Positions 10,164 to 20,015 of a stretch of DNA of 32,875 bases are shown here, piece by piece; within the stretch, counting starts at the first letter, position 1; each line of letters begins with the position of its first letter. Source of the DNA: an uncultured Methanobrevibacter sp. (GTDB taxonomy: Archaea > Methanobacteriota > Methanobacteria > Methanobacteriales > Methanobacteriaceae). Made by a program: the position numbers and the translations under genes. The notes below the pieces were generated by a model that saw nothing but the letters and a program-made list of their open reading frames with translations, did not search any database and was not told where the DNA came from. Where the stretch lies: positions 1 to 32,875 of the forward strand of contig CAJGDA010000001.1 of the NCBI GenBank assembly GCA_904501935.1. The letters are read 5' to 3'.

Positions 10164-11197
10164 AATATCACATAAATTAATGTAAATAAAACAATGACAG
10201 TTATTGTAAATAAAATAATTGATAATTTTGATAACTTTACTGCTTTTGAAATATCATCTGCTATGATTTCTTTATTATCATCACCTAAAATATAGGTATC
10301 CTTTTTTATAAGCTGAATATTCAGTGCCCCTGCAGTTGATGCCATTGTATAGCCTGAGTTTGGAGAAGGACATTTTCGGGCATCTCTCATCATGACATTA
10401 AAACTGTTTTTACCGTCAAATTTCAACAGATATGCTGAAATAACAACATAGATTCCAGCAATTCTTGAAGGAACATAATTCAAGATATCGTCAATTTTTG
10501 CTGCAAAAAATCCAATATCCTTTAATTCATCAGTTTTATATCCAACCATTGCATCAAGCGTATTGAAAAGCCTGTAAAGCATTGGAATTAGCAGCAAGAA
10601 ATACAAATGATAATTAAATGGTTTATATAAAATAATCACACCAAAAATAAAATAATAAAATATCGGAGCCACATATGAATCAGTTATATTTTCAGTCAAG
10701 CTTTCAATTACAGCTGAAACAATAAAGCTTTCTGTCAATTCTTCAGTGTTTCTGCTTACAAGGTATGAAACAGATCTTCTGGCTTTATCAATGCTTTCAT
10801 TCAAATCGTTTTTCACATCTATTGCCGTTTGCAAAAGCATATTTACAGAATAAAAAGATGATAAAAGGATAGAAAACACAATAAATAACAATATGACATT
10901 AACTGAACATATTATATAGATAAATAACAATATCAGGCTTGAGGCTGCAGCACAACAAATTACAAGCAGTAAACCAGATATTTTGCTTTTTATATCAATG
11001 AACAATTTTTTAAAGAAATTAATTATTGAACCCATTATCACAACAGGATGGATTCTTCCTGGCATTTCACCGAAAATGACATCGATTGCAAGTGAAAACA
11101 GTAATGCCAATATGATAAATATGAATAATTTAAATGAAACTATATTATTAACATTTGTAAAAATAATTTCATTGATAAATTCATTATATTCAATCAT
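10160..11197 (-). CDS. cbiB: Adenosylcobinamide-phosphate synthase CbiB/CobD
   Basis: HPVVIMG, LVSRNT, ESLTENITD, NTLDAMVGY, DDILNYVPSR, SPNSG motifs; membrane protein. Confidence 0.92.
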   Translation of the reverse strand: MIEYNEFINEIIFTNVNNIVSFKLFIFIILALLFSLAIDVIFGEMPGRIHPVVIMGSIINFFKKLFIDIKSKISGLLLVICCAAASSLILLFIYIICSVNVILLFIVFSILLSSFYSVNMLLQTAIDVKNDLNESIDKARRSVSYLVSRNTEELTESFIVSAVIESLTENITDSYVAPIFYYFIFGVIILYKPFNYHLYFLLLIPMLYRLFNTLDAMVGYKTDELKDIGFFAAKIDDILNYVPSRIAGIYVVISAYLLKFDGKNSFNVMMRDARKCPSPNSGYTMASTAGALNIQLIKKDTYILGDDNKEIIADDISKAVKLSKLSIILFTITVIVLFTLIYVIL

Positions 11198-11261
11198 AGT
11201 TTATAATATATATAATAAAAAAATAAATAATTTATTATAAATTTTAATCGATGATGATATA

Positions 11262-11744
11262 ATGATTTTACAAGATACAATTGAAAAATGGTTACTAGAC
11301 GAAGACATGTTGCGTGAGATGAAATATGATGAAAATGCTGATTTTCATTTCATTGTTGAATTTCCAAAAGATAACATTATGGATGTTGTAAAACCAAAAG
11401 GAAAAGATTGTATAGTTATAGCTTGTGCAACTATGGTTTCACCTGAACATAAGAATTTGATGATTCCAGCAGATTCAAGCGTTAAGAAAGATTTCATATT
11501 GGATTTGAATTTTGGATTGAATAGCTTTTTAATTGATTATGAGCTTAAGATTAATCAGGAAATTTTGCAGCAGTTCGTTATTTCTGATCAGATATTTGAA
11601 GACGGATTAACTAAAGATGCATTTATCAAAACATTGAAGAGGGTGTTTAAGTCTAAATTGCATTGCATCTGGTTAATTGATAAGAAGTTTGGTCGCCTCC
11701 ATTCTAATGTCAATGCTTCTAATGAGAATGACATGTTCATCTAG
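11262..11744 (+). CDS. Conserved archaeal protein, probably DUF2299 family
   Basis: 160 aa; IEKWLLDE...DENADFHF.VEFP...IFEDGLTKD pattern. Family recognised from memory. Confidence 0.6.
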   Translation: MILQDTIEKWLLDEDMLREMKYDENADFHFIVEFPKDNIMDVVKPKGKDCIVIACATMVSPEHKNLMIPADSSVKKDFILDLNFGLNSFLIDYELKINQEILQQFVISDQIFEDGLTKDAFIKTLKRVFKSKLHCIWLIDKKFGRLHSNVNASNENDMFI

Positions 11745-11750
11745 AGAGGG

Positions 11751-12308
11751 AGAGGTGCATTTCAAGTATAACACTTTGCGAAGGTATATTAAGAATGAAG
11801 GGATATATTTCAACTGTAACACTTGAAATTTATCTCTGCTATTTTTTCTTTATTTTTTATTTAAATGAATTTTAGCTTGTTTTCCACTTTTTACACTTGA
11901 AGTCCATCCCTTCATTTTCGGATTTTGGATGAAAATATTTACACTTGAAACACATGTCTCTCTCTTTGTTTAGAACCATGATAAATTTTTCAAAATTATG
12001 TAATTCAAGCCATTTGAGGCCGTATTTTTAATGTTTTACCTTATAATTTACACTTGAAATTATTATTTTATATTTGAAATAGTACAATTTCATATTTAAA
12101 ATTATATTGGATATAACTTAATATTTTTTAAATTATCAATATTTTTGAAGTTATTATCAATAAATAATAATTGTTATTTATTTTTACTTGATTAAAACGA
12201 TTTTAATCTATTTATTTTTTTACACTTTAGTCAATTTTATTAACTTTTTTCAAAATTGTAATAAAAACCTTTATTTATGATAGGATTTATAATAATAACA
12301 CTGGAAAC
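11751..12308. other. Probable chromosomal replication origin (oriC) with a mini-ORB cluster
   Basis: ~600-bp AT-rich intergenic region before orc1/cdc6 with repeats of TTACACTTGAAAT or near variants: 11759-11771(-), 11807-11819(-), 11817-11829(+), 11891-11903(+), 11939-11951(+), 12048-12060(+), 12068-12080(+, degenerate), 12296-12308(+, degenerate). This is the Methanobacteriales origin-box type. Confidence 0.88.
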
Positions 12309-12346
12309 TATACTTATAATTTTCATTAAATTTTTAAGGTGGACAA

Positions 12347-13510
12347 ATGTCAAATATTTTTGAAGAATTGGAAAGTGAGGAATCAATTGCTCCAACTATA
12401 TTTAAGGATAAGCGTCCTTTAGATCATAGATGGTTGCCTGACAAGTTGGTTCACAGAGAAGACCAAATAAGGCAAATAGCCAAATATTGGGTTGATGTCT
12501 TAGGCGGTGTCACTCCGTCTAATGTTACCCTATATGGTAAAACCGGAACCGGAAAAACAGCCGCATCAAAATTTGCTCGTGAACAGCTTATCGATATTGC
12601 TCGTAAAAAGAATGTTTTTGTGAAAGTTGAATATGTCAGATGCACTGATTATACAACTGAATATCAGGTTATTGCCGAATTGTGTAACAGATTAGGACGT
12701 GATGTTCCAAATCGTGGTTGGACAAAAGGGGAAGTTGTTAATGCATTTAGAGAAATTTTCAGACCTGACGTTTTTGGTAGAAAATTGCATTTGATTGTTA
12801 TCCTAGATGAAATTGACATATTGCTCAATAAAGACGGCGATGGAATATTGTATACCCTTACAAGAACTGGCAATGTTTCTGTTTTATGTATCAGTAATTA
12901 TTTAGACTTTAAAAATTTAATTGATTCCAGAGTTAACAGTAGTTTAAACGATAAAGAAATAGTATTTCCACCTTATGGAGCAAATCAATTGTCTGATATA
13001 TTATCCGAGAGAGCAGAAGTATCATTTAATGAAAATGTATTGGAAGATGATGTTATTCCATTATGTTCAGCAATGGCTGCAAAAGAAGAAGGTGATGCAA
13101 GATATGCTCTTGATTTGCTTAAGAATGCCGGTGAATTAGCTTTTGATGAGGATTCAGATGTTGTTACAATTGATCATGTAAGAAGAGCAAAAGACAAAAT
13201 TGAACATAACAAGATTATTGAAATCATATCCACTTTGCCTCTCCAGCAGCAAAGGGTTTTAGAAGCCATCTTATATTTAACAAAACAAAAAGAAGAGATA
13301 TCTTCAGGTAAACTGTACGATGCCTATACGGATATATCAAAAAAAGACGCTGTTACCTATAGAAGAATTTTTGACTTTATTGGTGAGCTTGAAATGTTGG
13401 GAATCATATCTACAAACACAATTTCCCGTGGACGTGCTAAGGGAAGAACTAACATTATTAAGCTTCAATGTGATGAAACATTACTTGAAACAACTCTTTT
13501 CACTATTTAG
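12347..13510 (+). CDS. cdc6: Orc1/Cdc6 replication initiator
   Basis: Walker A GKTGTGKT, Walker [18 protein letters not shown]-terminal winged helix ([17 protein letters not shown]); RBS AGGTGG. Confidence 0.96.
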   Translation: MSNIFEELESEESIAPTIFKDKRPLDHRWLPDKLVHREDQIRQIAKYWVDVLGGVTPSNVTLYGKTGTGKTAASKFAREQLIDIARKKNVFVKVEYVRCTDYTTEYQVIAELCNRLGRDVPNRGWTKGEVVNAFREIFRPDVFGRKLHLIVILDEIDILLNKDGDGILYTLTRTGNVSVLCISNYLDFKNLIDSRVNSSLNDKEIVFPPYGANQLSDILSERAEVSFNENVLEDDVIPLCSAMAAKEEGDARYALDLLKNAGELAFDEDSDVVTIDHVRRAKDKIEHNKIIEIISTLPLQQQRVLEAILYLTKQKEEISSGKLYDAYTDISKKDAVTYRRIFDFIGELEMLGIISTNTISRGRAKGRTNIIKLQCDETLLETTLFTI

Positions 13511-14438
13511 GGTTGTTTTTTATCAATGTTTTTAAAATAGCCATTCTCACAGGAACTGCATTAGCTGCTTGTGTGAAATATTTATTGTATATTGTGTTGT
13601 CAACATCGGCATCGATTTCATCGATTCTTGGCAATGGGTGCATGACAATTAAGTCTTTGCCCTCAAGCATTTTTTTGTTGATGATATATGCTCCTTTTAT
13701 TTTTTGATAGTCTTCAATATCAGCGAAACGCTCTTTTTGGATTCTGGTTACATATAATACATCAACATCATCTATAACCTCTTCAATACTGTTGACTTCT
13801 TCATATTCAACATTTGTTTTTGATATGTCGTGAAGTACTTCTTGAGGCATTCTGAGCTCTGGAGGAGATACCAGATAGATTTTGACATTATCAAACAATC
13901 CTAATGCGTTTGATAATGAGTGTACTGTACGACCGAATTTCAAGTCTCCAATCAATGCGATTTTCAGATTATCGATAGAACCTATCTCATTTTTAATGGT
14001 ATATAAATCGAGCAGTGTTTGTGTTGGGTGCTGTCCTGCACCATCTCCAGCATTGATAACAGGAACATCCACGATATCAGATATGAATTTAGATACTCCT
14101 TCAAGTTCATGTCTGATGACCAGTGCATCACTGTATCCTTCAAACATTTTTGCAGTATCTGCGATGCTTTCACCTTTGGATACTGAACTTGATCCGCTGT
14201 TTTCAAATCCAATACATTCTCCGCCCAGACGTTTCATTGCTGTTTCAAAAGAGATTTTTGTTCTTGTTGACGGTTCAAAAAACATCAATCCTAAAAGCTT
14301 TCCTTTCAATTCTTCGGACACTTCTTTGGATTTTGCAATGTTTTCTAATTTTGATGCTTCTTCTAAGAGATACTCGATGTCTTCTCTTTTAAAATCTTTT
14401 ATTGAAATTATGTCTTTTAACCTAAAAATTCTAATCAA
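13503..14438 (-). CDS. pyrB: Aspartate carbamoyltransferase catalytic subunit
   Basis: [42 protein letters not shown] motifs. Start uncertain and non-ATG (TTG at 14438, or 14450). Confidence 0.95.
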   Translation of the reverse strand: MIRIFRLKDIISIKDFKREDIEYLLEEASKLENIAKSKEVSEELKGKLLGLMFFEPSTRTKISFETAMKRLGGECIGFENSGSSSVSKGESIADTAKMFEGYSDALVIRHELEGVSKFISDIVDVPVINAGDGAGQHPTQTLLDLYTIKNEIGSIDNLKIALIGDLKFGRTVHSLSNALGLFDNVKIYLVSPPELRMPQEVLHDISKTNVEYEEVNSIEEVIDDVDVLYVTRIQKERFADIEDYQKIKGAYIINKKMLEGKDLIVMHPLPRIDEIDADVDNTIYNKYFTQAANAVPVRMAILKTLIKNNPK

Positions 14439-14937
14439 CCCTTTTTTCAATCATATTGTTAATGTATTCGGCAAATTTATCTATTTCATCAATGTTTAAA
14501 ACTGGTAGACTTTTACCATCTTTTTTGTATTCCTTAATCAAATTGTTTGTTTTTCTTTTTTCAATAAAATTTCCCTCGTCAGGATTTAGTTCATATCCAA
14601 AATTTGAGTTAAAGTTTGATTTATTGACCAGCTCTTCTGTAAATGTTTTGTTCAGTCTGTCTCTTGTATCGATACCCTCTTCACAGTTCATAACCAAAGC
14701 AATAGGCTTTTCTTTGAGTGTTTTCATGTTTCTTGAAATATATTGCTTTAGTGCATTTTGAACTTTACCGTTATATGCAGATCCAGCCAATATAATGAAA
14801 TTATATTTTAAAAGACATGCTGTTTTAGCTTTTTCTATAGGTATCAATTTAACATTGGCTTTAATTTTGTTGGATAACAATTTGCAAGCCTTTTTTGTTG
14901 ATTTACTTGAAGTGGAATATATTATTGCGATTTTCAT
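14431..14937 (-). CDS. Flavodoxin-domain protein (HemG-like fold)
   Basis: [16 protein letters not shown] flavodoxin-like first strand and loop; IILAGSAY.G. Confidence 0.65.
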   Translation of the reverse strand: MKIAIIYSTSSKSTKKACKLLSNKIKANVKLIPIEKAKTACLLKYNFIILAGSAYNGKVQNALKQYISRNMKTLKEKPIALVMNCEEGIDTRDRLNKTFTEELVNKSNFNSNFGYELNPDEGNFIEKRKTNNLIKEYKKDGKSLPVLNIDEIDKFAEYINNMIEKRVD

Positions 14938-15794
14938 ATAATTCTTTCTATCGGTACGACTAGAATGTCTTTTGCACCTGCATTTCTTAGGTCATTTACA
15001 AGTTCAAATACTTGCTTTTCATCAATCACCGCTTGAACGGCAACAGTCTTTTCATCAGATAATACTTCGGATATTGTCAGTCCGCCCATTGATGGCATTA
15101 CCAATTTCACCTTATCCAAATCACTATCTTTAACGTTCATCATAATTAATTTCTTTCTTTCAGCATCAAGAACTCCTTTTATGCTTGTACTGACAGCTTC
15201 AATTAATTCTCTTTTTTCTTTTAAACTTTCATTGTTTGCAATAAGCTTGATTGAACTTTCCAAAATTGTATCTATGATTTTCAGATGATTCATTTTCAAT
15301 GTTGTTCCGGTACTTGTCAGGTCTGTTATCAAATCTGCCAATCCTATGAATGGAGCAGCTTCAGTTGATCCGCTCAATTTGACGATTTTTAAATTCAGGC
15401 CATGCTCCTCGAGGTATTTTCTTGTTAACACAGGAAACTCGGTTGCAACTTTCATTTCATCTGTGATGTCATCTATTGAATTGATGTCTGATTCTTCCGG
15501 TGCTGCAAAGACCAGTTTTGTCTGTCCGAATTTTAGGTCCAACAGTTCAGTCACATCAGCTTCATTTTCATTAATTAAATCGACACCAGTTATTCCCATA
15601 TCTGCAACTCCATCATTAACGAATTCCGGAATGTCTGATGCTCTTGCAAACATAATTTCTATATTATCGTAAAAAGTCTTTGAAATTAATTTGCGGTTGT
15701 TTTTGTCGATTAAACCTAATCCCGCTTTTTCCAATATGTTTATTGATGGTTCACTTATTCTTCCTTTGGAAGGAACAGCAATTTTTATTTTCAT
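14934..15794 (-). CDS. hisG: ATP phosphoribosyltransferase (long form)
   Basis: IAVPSKGR, RASDIP, ADMGITGVD, VATEFP, GSTEAAP..ITDLTSTGTTL, C-terminal regulatory domain. ATG at 15794 preferred over TTG at 15806. Confidence 0.95.
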   Translation of the reverse strand: MKIKIAVPSKGRISEPSINILEKAGLGLIDKNNRKLISKTFYDNIEIMFARASDIPEFVNDGVADMGITGVDLINENEADVTELLDLKFGQTKLVFAAPEESDINSIDDITDEMKVATEFPVLTRKYLEEHGLNLKIVKLSGSTEAAPFIGLADLITDLTSTGTTLKMNHLKIIDTILESSIKLIANNESLKEKRELIEAVSTSIKGVLDAERKKLIMMNVKDSDLDKVKLVMPSMGGLTISEVLSDEKTVAVQAVIDEKQVFELVNDLRNAGAKDILVVPIERII

Positions 15795-15956
15795 CTTATC
15801 TCTCAATTTTTTTATCTAAATATTATATTATTAATCATGTATTAAATACTTTTGATAATTTAATTTTTATTTATTTAATTTATTTAATATTATTTTTGAA
15901 TTATGAGCATTATTTTGCACAATATTTAAATATTAAGTTATCTTATATTGTTATTT

Positions 15957-15988
15957 AACTTATGATTTTTGGCTGTAAATCATAAGTT
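15957..15988. repeat. Perfect 12-bp inverted repeat upstream of the histone gene
   Basis: AACTTATGATTT (15957-15968), 8-nt spacer, AAATCATAAGTT (15977-15988). Confidence 0.75.
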
Positions 15989-16015
15989 TTAATAAACTAT
16001 TGTGAGGTGAAAAGC

Positions 16016-16222
16016 ATGTCTGATATACCAAAAGCTCCTATCGCAAGAATTATTAAAGAATCTGGTGCAGAAAGAGTTAGCGAAGATGCAAAAGCTGAAT
16101 TAGCAGCATACTTAGAAGAAGTTGCTCGTGATGTAGCAAAAGAAGCAAATGCTGTTGCAAAAATCGCAAAACGTAAAACTGTTAAAGCAGAAGATATTAA
16201 ATTAGCTATCAAAAACTTATAA
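16016..16222 (+). CDS. Archaeal histone (HMf family), 68 aa
   Basis: P.APIARIIK..GAERVS.DA...RKTVKAEDI.LA histone fold; GAGGTGA RBS before ATG 16016. Confidence 0.95.
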   Translation: MSDIPKAPIARIIKESGAERVSEDAKAELAAYLEEVARDVAKEANAVAKIAKRKTVKAEDIKLAIKNL

Positions 16223-16258
16223 ATAGTTTTTTAGCTTTCTTTTTTTATTTTTTTTTTT
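16223..16258 (+). terminator. Oligo-T terminator after the histone gene
   Basis: Long T tracts directly after the stop codon. Confidence 0.55.
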
Positions 16259-16268
16259 AGGTGTTATT

Positions 16269-17573
16269 ATGACAGATAATACTATTTTAATTAAAAATGC
16301 AGTGATTTTAAGTCCAAATATAAATTTTGAAGGTAAACAATCTCTTTTAATCAAAGATGATATAATTGCTGAAATTTCTCCTGAAATTGATGAAAGCAAT
16401 GTTGATAAGATAATTGATGCAACTGATAAAATTCTACTTCCAGGATTAATTAATTCTCATACCCATTTATCAATGACATTATTTAGAGGATTAGCGGATG
16501 ATTTGAGTTTAGACAGTTGGTTAAACGACCATATATGGCCGATGGAAGCAAATCTAAATGGTGATTATTGTTATATTGGAGCTCTTTTAGGGGCTGTTGA
16601 ACTCATTAAGTCAGGAACTACAACATTTTCTGATATGTACTTTTACATGGAAGATGTTGCTCGTGCAGTTGATGAGGCAGGAATTAGAGCTGTTTTATCA
16701 TACGGAATGATTGATTTTGGAGATGAAGAGAAAAGAAAAAATGAAATCAATGAAAATTTAGCTTTATTTGAAGCCTGTAATGGAATGGCTGATGGAAGGA
16801 TCAAAGTTTTCTTTGGACCGCATTCTCCTTATACGGCTTCTAAGGAATTGTTGATTAAAGTCCGTGAATTGGCTGATGAATATGGTATGGGCATTCATAT
16901 ACATGTATCTGAAACAGAAAAGGAAATCAATGACAGTCTTGATGAAAAAGGATTAAGACCTTTTGAATACTTGGATGAAATTGGTCTTTTAGGTCCTGAT
17001 GTTGTTGCAGCTCATTGTGTATGGTTAAGCGACAGTGAAATTGAAATCATTAAGAGAAACAATGTTAAGATATCTCACAATCCATGCAGCAATATGAAAT
17101 TGGCATCAGGTATTGCTCCAGTCTCCAAATTGATTGAAAATGACATTTGTGTTTCTATTGGAACTGATGGTGCTTCTTCAAACAATAATTTGGATTTGTT
17201 TGAAGAGATGAAAACTGCTAGCTTGCTTCAAAAAGTTTCCACATTGGATCCTAAGGTTTTGGATTCAGATGAATCAATAGCTATGGGTACCATTAAAGGT
17301 GCTGAAGCTTTGGGTCTTGACTCTGAAATTGGTTCTATCGAAGTTGGAAAAAAAGCTGATATTATTTTGATTGACACCAATTCAGCTAATATGGTTCCGG
17401 ATAGTTCATCCTTAAGTTCAAACGTTATTTATTCTGCAAACGGTTCTAATGTAGATACTACCATCTGCAATGGAAAGGTTTTGATGGAAAATAAAAAATT
17501 AGTTGTTTTGGATGAGCAGGAAATTTATGATAAAGCTAGACAGGCAATAAAAGAATTAAAAGAAGCTATCTAG
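16269..17573 (+). CDS. Amidohydrolase, 5'-deoxyadenosine / MTA-SAH deaminase (DadD/MtaD family)
   Basis: PGLINSHTH, GPHSPYT, HIHVSET, AAHCV, HNPCSNMKLASG, GTDGASSNN motifs. Confidence 0.85.
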   Translation: MTDNTILIKNAVILSPNINFEGKQSLLIKDDIIAEISPEIDESNVDKIIDATDKILLPGLINSHTHLSMTLFRGLADDLSLDSWLNDHIWPMEANLNGDYCYIGALLGAVELIKSGTTTFSDMYFYMEDVARAVDEAGIRAVLSYGMIDFGDEEKRKNEINENLALFEACNGMADGRIKVFFGPHSPYTASKELLIKVRELADEYGMGIHIHVSETEKEINDSLDEKGLRPFEYLDEIGLLGPDVVAAHCVWLSDSEIEIIKRNNVKISHNPCSNMKLASGIAPVSKLIENDICVSIGTDGASSNNNLDLFEEMKTASLLQKVSTLDPKVLDSDESIAMGTIKGAEALGLDSEIGSIEVGKKADIILIDTNSANMVPDSSSLSSNVIYSANGSNVDTTICNGKVLMENKKLVVLDEQEIYDKARQAIKELKEAI

Positions 17574-19209
17574 CTTCAAATTCTATTTTATTTTTACCCA
17601 TTATAATACTCTTTTTCCATTCATCTTTAGTTTCTGGGAAATCGGATCTGAAGTGAGCTCCTCTACTTTCTCTGCGCAATATCGCTGATTTCACGGTTAG
17701 AATGCAGATTTCAACCATATTTATTACTTCAAGGGCAGTGACCAAATCCGCATTGTATTGATTTTTATCACTGACGTCAAGGTTTTCAAGGTCCTTTTGC
17801 ATCTCCTGAAGTTGGCCTAAAGCCTCATTCAAGGTTTTTTCTTCTCTAACGATAGCTACCTTTTCCCACATTAGGTTTTTAATTTTGTTCTTAAATTCCT
17901 GCGGTTTTATTGTGCCTTTTTTGATTAGGCCTTCAATTCTTGAAGCTTCTTTATTTACCTGTTCTTCATCGGTTTTGAGTTCTGTTGTTTTTGCCGCTTC
18001 TGAAGCACTTACGCCAGCGATTTTACCGAATACCTGTGTGTCTGCCAGTGCATTGCCCCCCAAACGGTTTGCACCATGAACTCCTCCGCAAACTTCACCA
18101 GCACCAAAGAGATTTTTCAGTGAAGTGGAAGCGTCAGTATTTATTTTTAAACCTCCCATGAAGTGGTGGGCAGTTGGTGCCACTTCAATTGGGCCATGCT
18201 TGATGTCTACTCCTACATTTTCAAATTGCAGAACCATGGTTTCAAGCTTTTCATCAATGTAATCGTCATCCAAATGTGAGATGTCAAGGTAAACTCCGCC
18301 GCTTTCTGTTCCTCTGCCTTCAATTATTTCTTGGTAGATTGAACGTGCAACGACGTCACGAGTAGCCAATTCCATTTTTTCAGGAGAATATTTGCTCATG
18401 AATCTTTCACCATCTTTATTTATGAGCTTTCCACCTTCTGCTCTTACGGCTTCTGTTACAAGCACACCCTTTTTGGATTCAGGCGCTACCATTCCTGTTG
18501 GGTGGAATTGAATCTGTTCCATATCAACAAGATTTGCTCCAGCTCTGTAAGCTATTGCATATCCGTCTCCGTTTTTTTGGAATGTGTTTGATGTTACAGG
18601 GTATAATTGACCTGCGCCTCCGCTTGCTAGAATAACGGATTTTGCTTTGAAGTATATTAGACTGGAATCCTTAAGGTTCAATCCAGTTGCTCCAATCACT
18701 TGGTCATCTTGGGTAATCAATGAGGTAATCATTACTTCTTCTATGCATTCAATATCTCTTCTGATGATTTCTTCCTTAAGCGCATTCAATAATTCCGCTC
18801 CGGTTCTGTCACCTTGATAACAGGTTCTTCTGTAGGTTTGTCCACCAAAAGGCCTTTGGTCTATTTCACCTGATTCCTGGCGGTCAAACAAAGCCCCGAA
18901 ATTTTCCAAATCAATTAGTCTTTTTGGTGATTCGTTAACGAGTATTTCCACTAGCCTTTTGTCATTGAGGTAGCTTCCTCCCTTAAGTGTGTCATTGAAG
19001 TGAGCGTCAATTGAATCGTCTTTGTCAACTGTTTTGAATACTGCGTTGTATCCTCCTTCTGCCATTCCAGTACAGCCAGAACGGAATGATAATCCTTTGG
19101 ATACAATAATAGCTTTCAGTCCAGCATCATCAACTTCAATAGCTGCTCTTGAACCTGCTCCGCCGGATCCGATTATTAGTACATCTGTTGAGATAGTTTT
19201 TATTTCCAT
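17566..19209 (-). CDS. tfrA: Thiol:fumarate reductase (CoM/CoB) flavoprotein subunit A
   Basis: GSGGAG FAD motif, QFHPT, EAVRAEGG, RDVVAR, HHFMGG, HGANRLGGN, ESRGAH. Lacks the covalent-FAD His (SGCTGMAEGG), as expected for TfrA. Confidence 0.88.
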   Translation of the reverse strand: MEIKTISTDVLIIGSGGAGSRAAIEVDDAGLKAIIVSKGLSFRSGCTGMAEGGYNAVFKTVDKDDSIDAHFNDTLKGGSYLNDKRLVEILVNESPKRLIDLENFGALFDRQESGEIDQRPFGGQTYRRTCYQGDRTGAELLNALKEEIIRRDIECIEEVMITSLITQDDQVIGATGLNLKDSSLIYFKAKSVILASGGAGQLYPVTSNTFQKNGDGYAIAYRAGANLVDMEQIQFHPTGMVAPESKKGVLVTEAVRAEGGKLINKDGERFMSKYSPEKMELATRDVVARSIYQEIIEGRGTESGGVYLDISHLDDDYIDEKLETMVLQFENVGVDIKHGPIEVAPTAHHFMGGLKINTDASTSLKNLFGAGEVCGGVHGANRLGGNALADTQVFGKIAGVSASEAAKTTELKTDEEQVNKEASRIEGLIKKGTIKPQEFKNKIKNLMWEKVAIVREEKTLNEALGQLQEMQKDLENLDVSDKNQYNADLVTALEVINMVEICILTVKSAILRRESRGAHFRSDFPETKDEWKKSIIMGKNKIEFEAR

Positions 19210-19440
19210 TTCAATTACCCTGTAAAATTCGTTATAGTAATACTTTGTTTTTCAGTTATTATATAAATTTCTTAAAAATCTGAAAAATATATTAATCAAA
19301 ATGATTCAATTAATAGTATTGAATCTATATTTTACAGATTAAATTTTAACATTATTTCAGATAATCCTGTTAAATTAAAAATATGGATTAAATTTTTAAC
19401 ATTAATTATTCTACAATATACTTTAATTAGAGGTTCTTTC

Positions 19441-19815
19441 ATGAAAATCGATGGTGAAGTTACAACTGGTTTGGGAAAAGCAGCGTATTTCCTGTCACAG
19501 GAATTCTACACAAATGAGTTTAAGAAAAATTTAGGTTTTGTTCCGTTTCCAGGAACATTAAATGTTGTTGTAAGTGATGACTATTTGGATGGAATCAATG
19601 AAATCAAAAATACCTGTGAAAATTTAATCAAGCCAGATGAAGGCTTTGGTGCCGTAAAATATATTGAAGCAAAATTGAATGGTGTAATTGAAGGTGCCAT
19701 TGTATTTCCAGCAAAAACCACCCATGAAGAAAATTATTTGGAATTTATTGCTGAATGTAAATTAAGGGAAGAATTGAATCTCAAGGATGGGGATGTAGTT
19801 TCTCTTGAATTTTAA
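19441..19815 (+). CDS. ribK: CTP-dependent riboflavin kinase (stand-alone, no HTH domain)
   Basis: G.VTTGLGKA.YF, LGFVPFPGTLNV, P..T.H, LEFIA..KLREELNLKDGD; GAGG RBS. Confidence 0.9.
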   Translation: MKIDGEVTTGLGKAAYFLSQEFYTNEFKKNLGFVPFPGTLNVVVSDDYLDGINEIKNTCENLIKPDEGFGAVKYIEAKLNGVIEGAIVFPAKTTHEENYLEFIAECKLREELNLKDGDVVSLEF

Positions 19816-20015
19816 TTTTCATTTCTAATTTTTTCTACATCTTCAAGTGTTAGTTCTGTTTCTTTTTGTATTTCTTCGTTTGTTTTTCCTTCTTTTATCA
19901 TATATTTTGCCATTTTTTTCTTTCCTTCTTTAATACCTTCTTTAATACCTTCTTTTATTCCTTCTTTTATTCCTTCATCCTTTTGTCTTTGACCGTAATC
20001 GTATATAGCACTCAT
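19812..20015 (-). CDS. Putative in-frame intragenic small protein (67 aa, Rpn-small-like)
   Basis: Internal TAGGTGGAAAAATG on the minus strand (RBS 20020-20025, ATG 20015), in frame with the full gene. Product MSAIYDYGQRQKDEGIKEGIKE...KIRNEN. Confidence 0.55.
   Translation of the reverse strand: MSAIYDYGQRQKDEGIKEGIKEGIKEGIKEGKKKMAKYMIKEGKTNEEIQKETELTLEDVEKIRNEN

Noticed and set aside
11751..12080. Repeats considered as a CRISPR array
   Set aside because: Units are 13 bp, irregularly spaced and in both orientations, adjacent to cdc6, with no cas genes; they fit origin boxes.
13882..14499. 205-aa plus-strand ORF
   Set aside because: Antisense to pyrB; no RBS or motifs.
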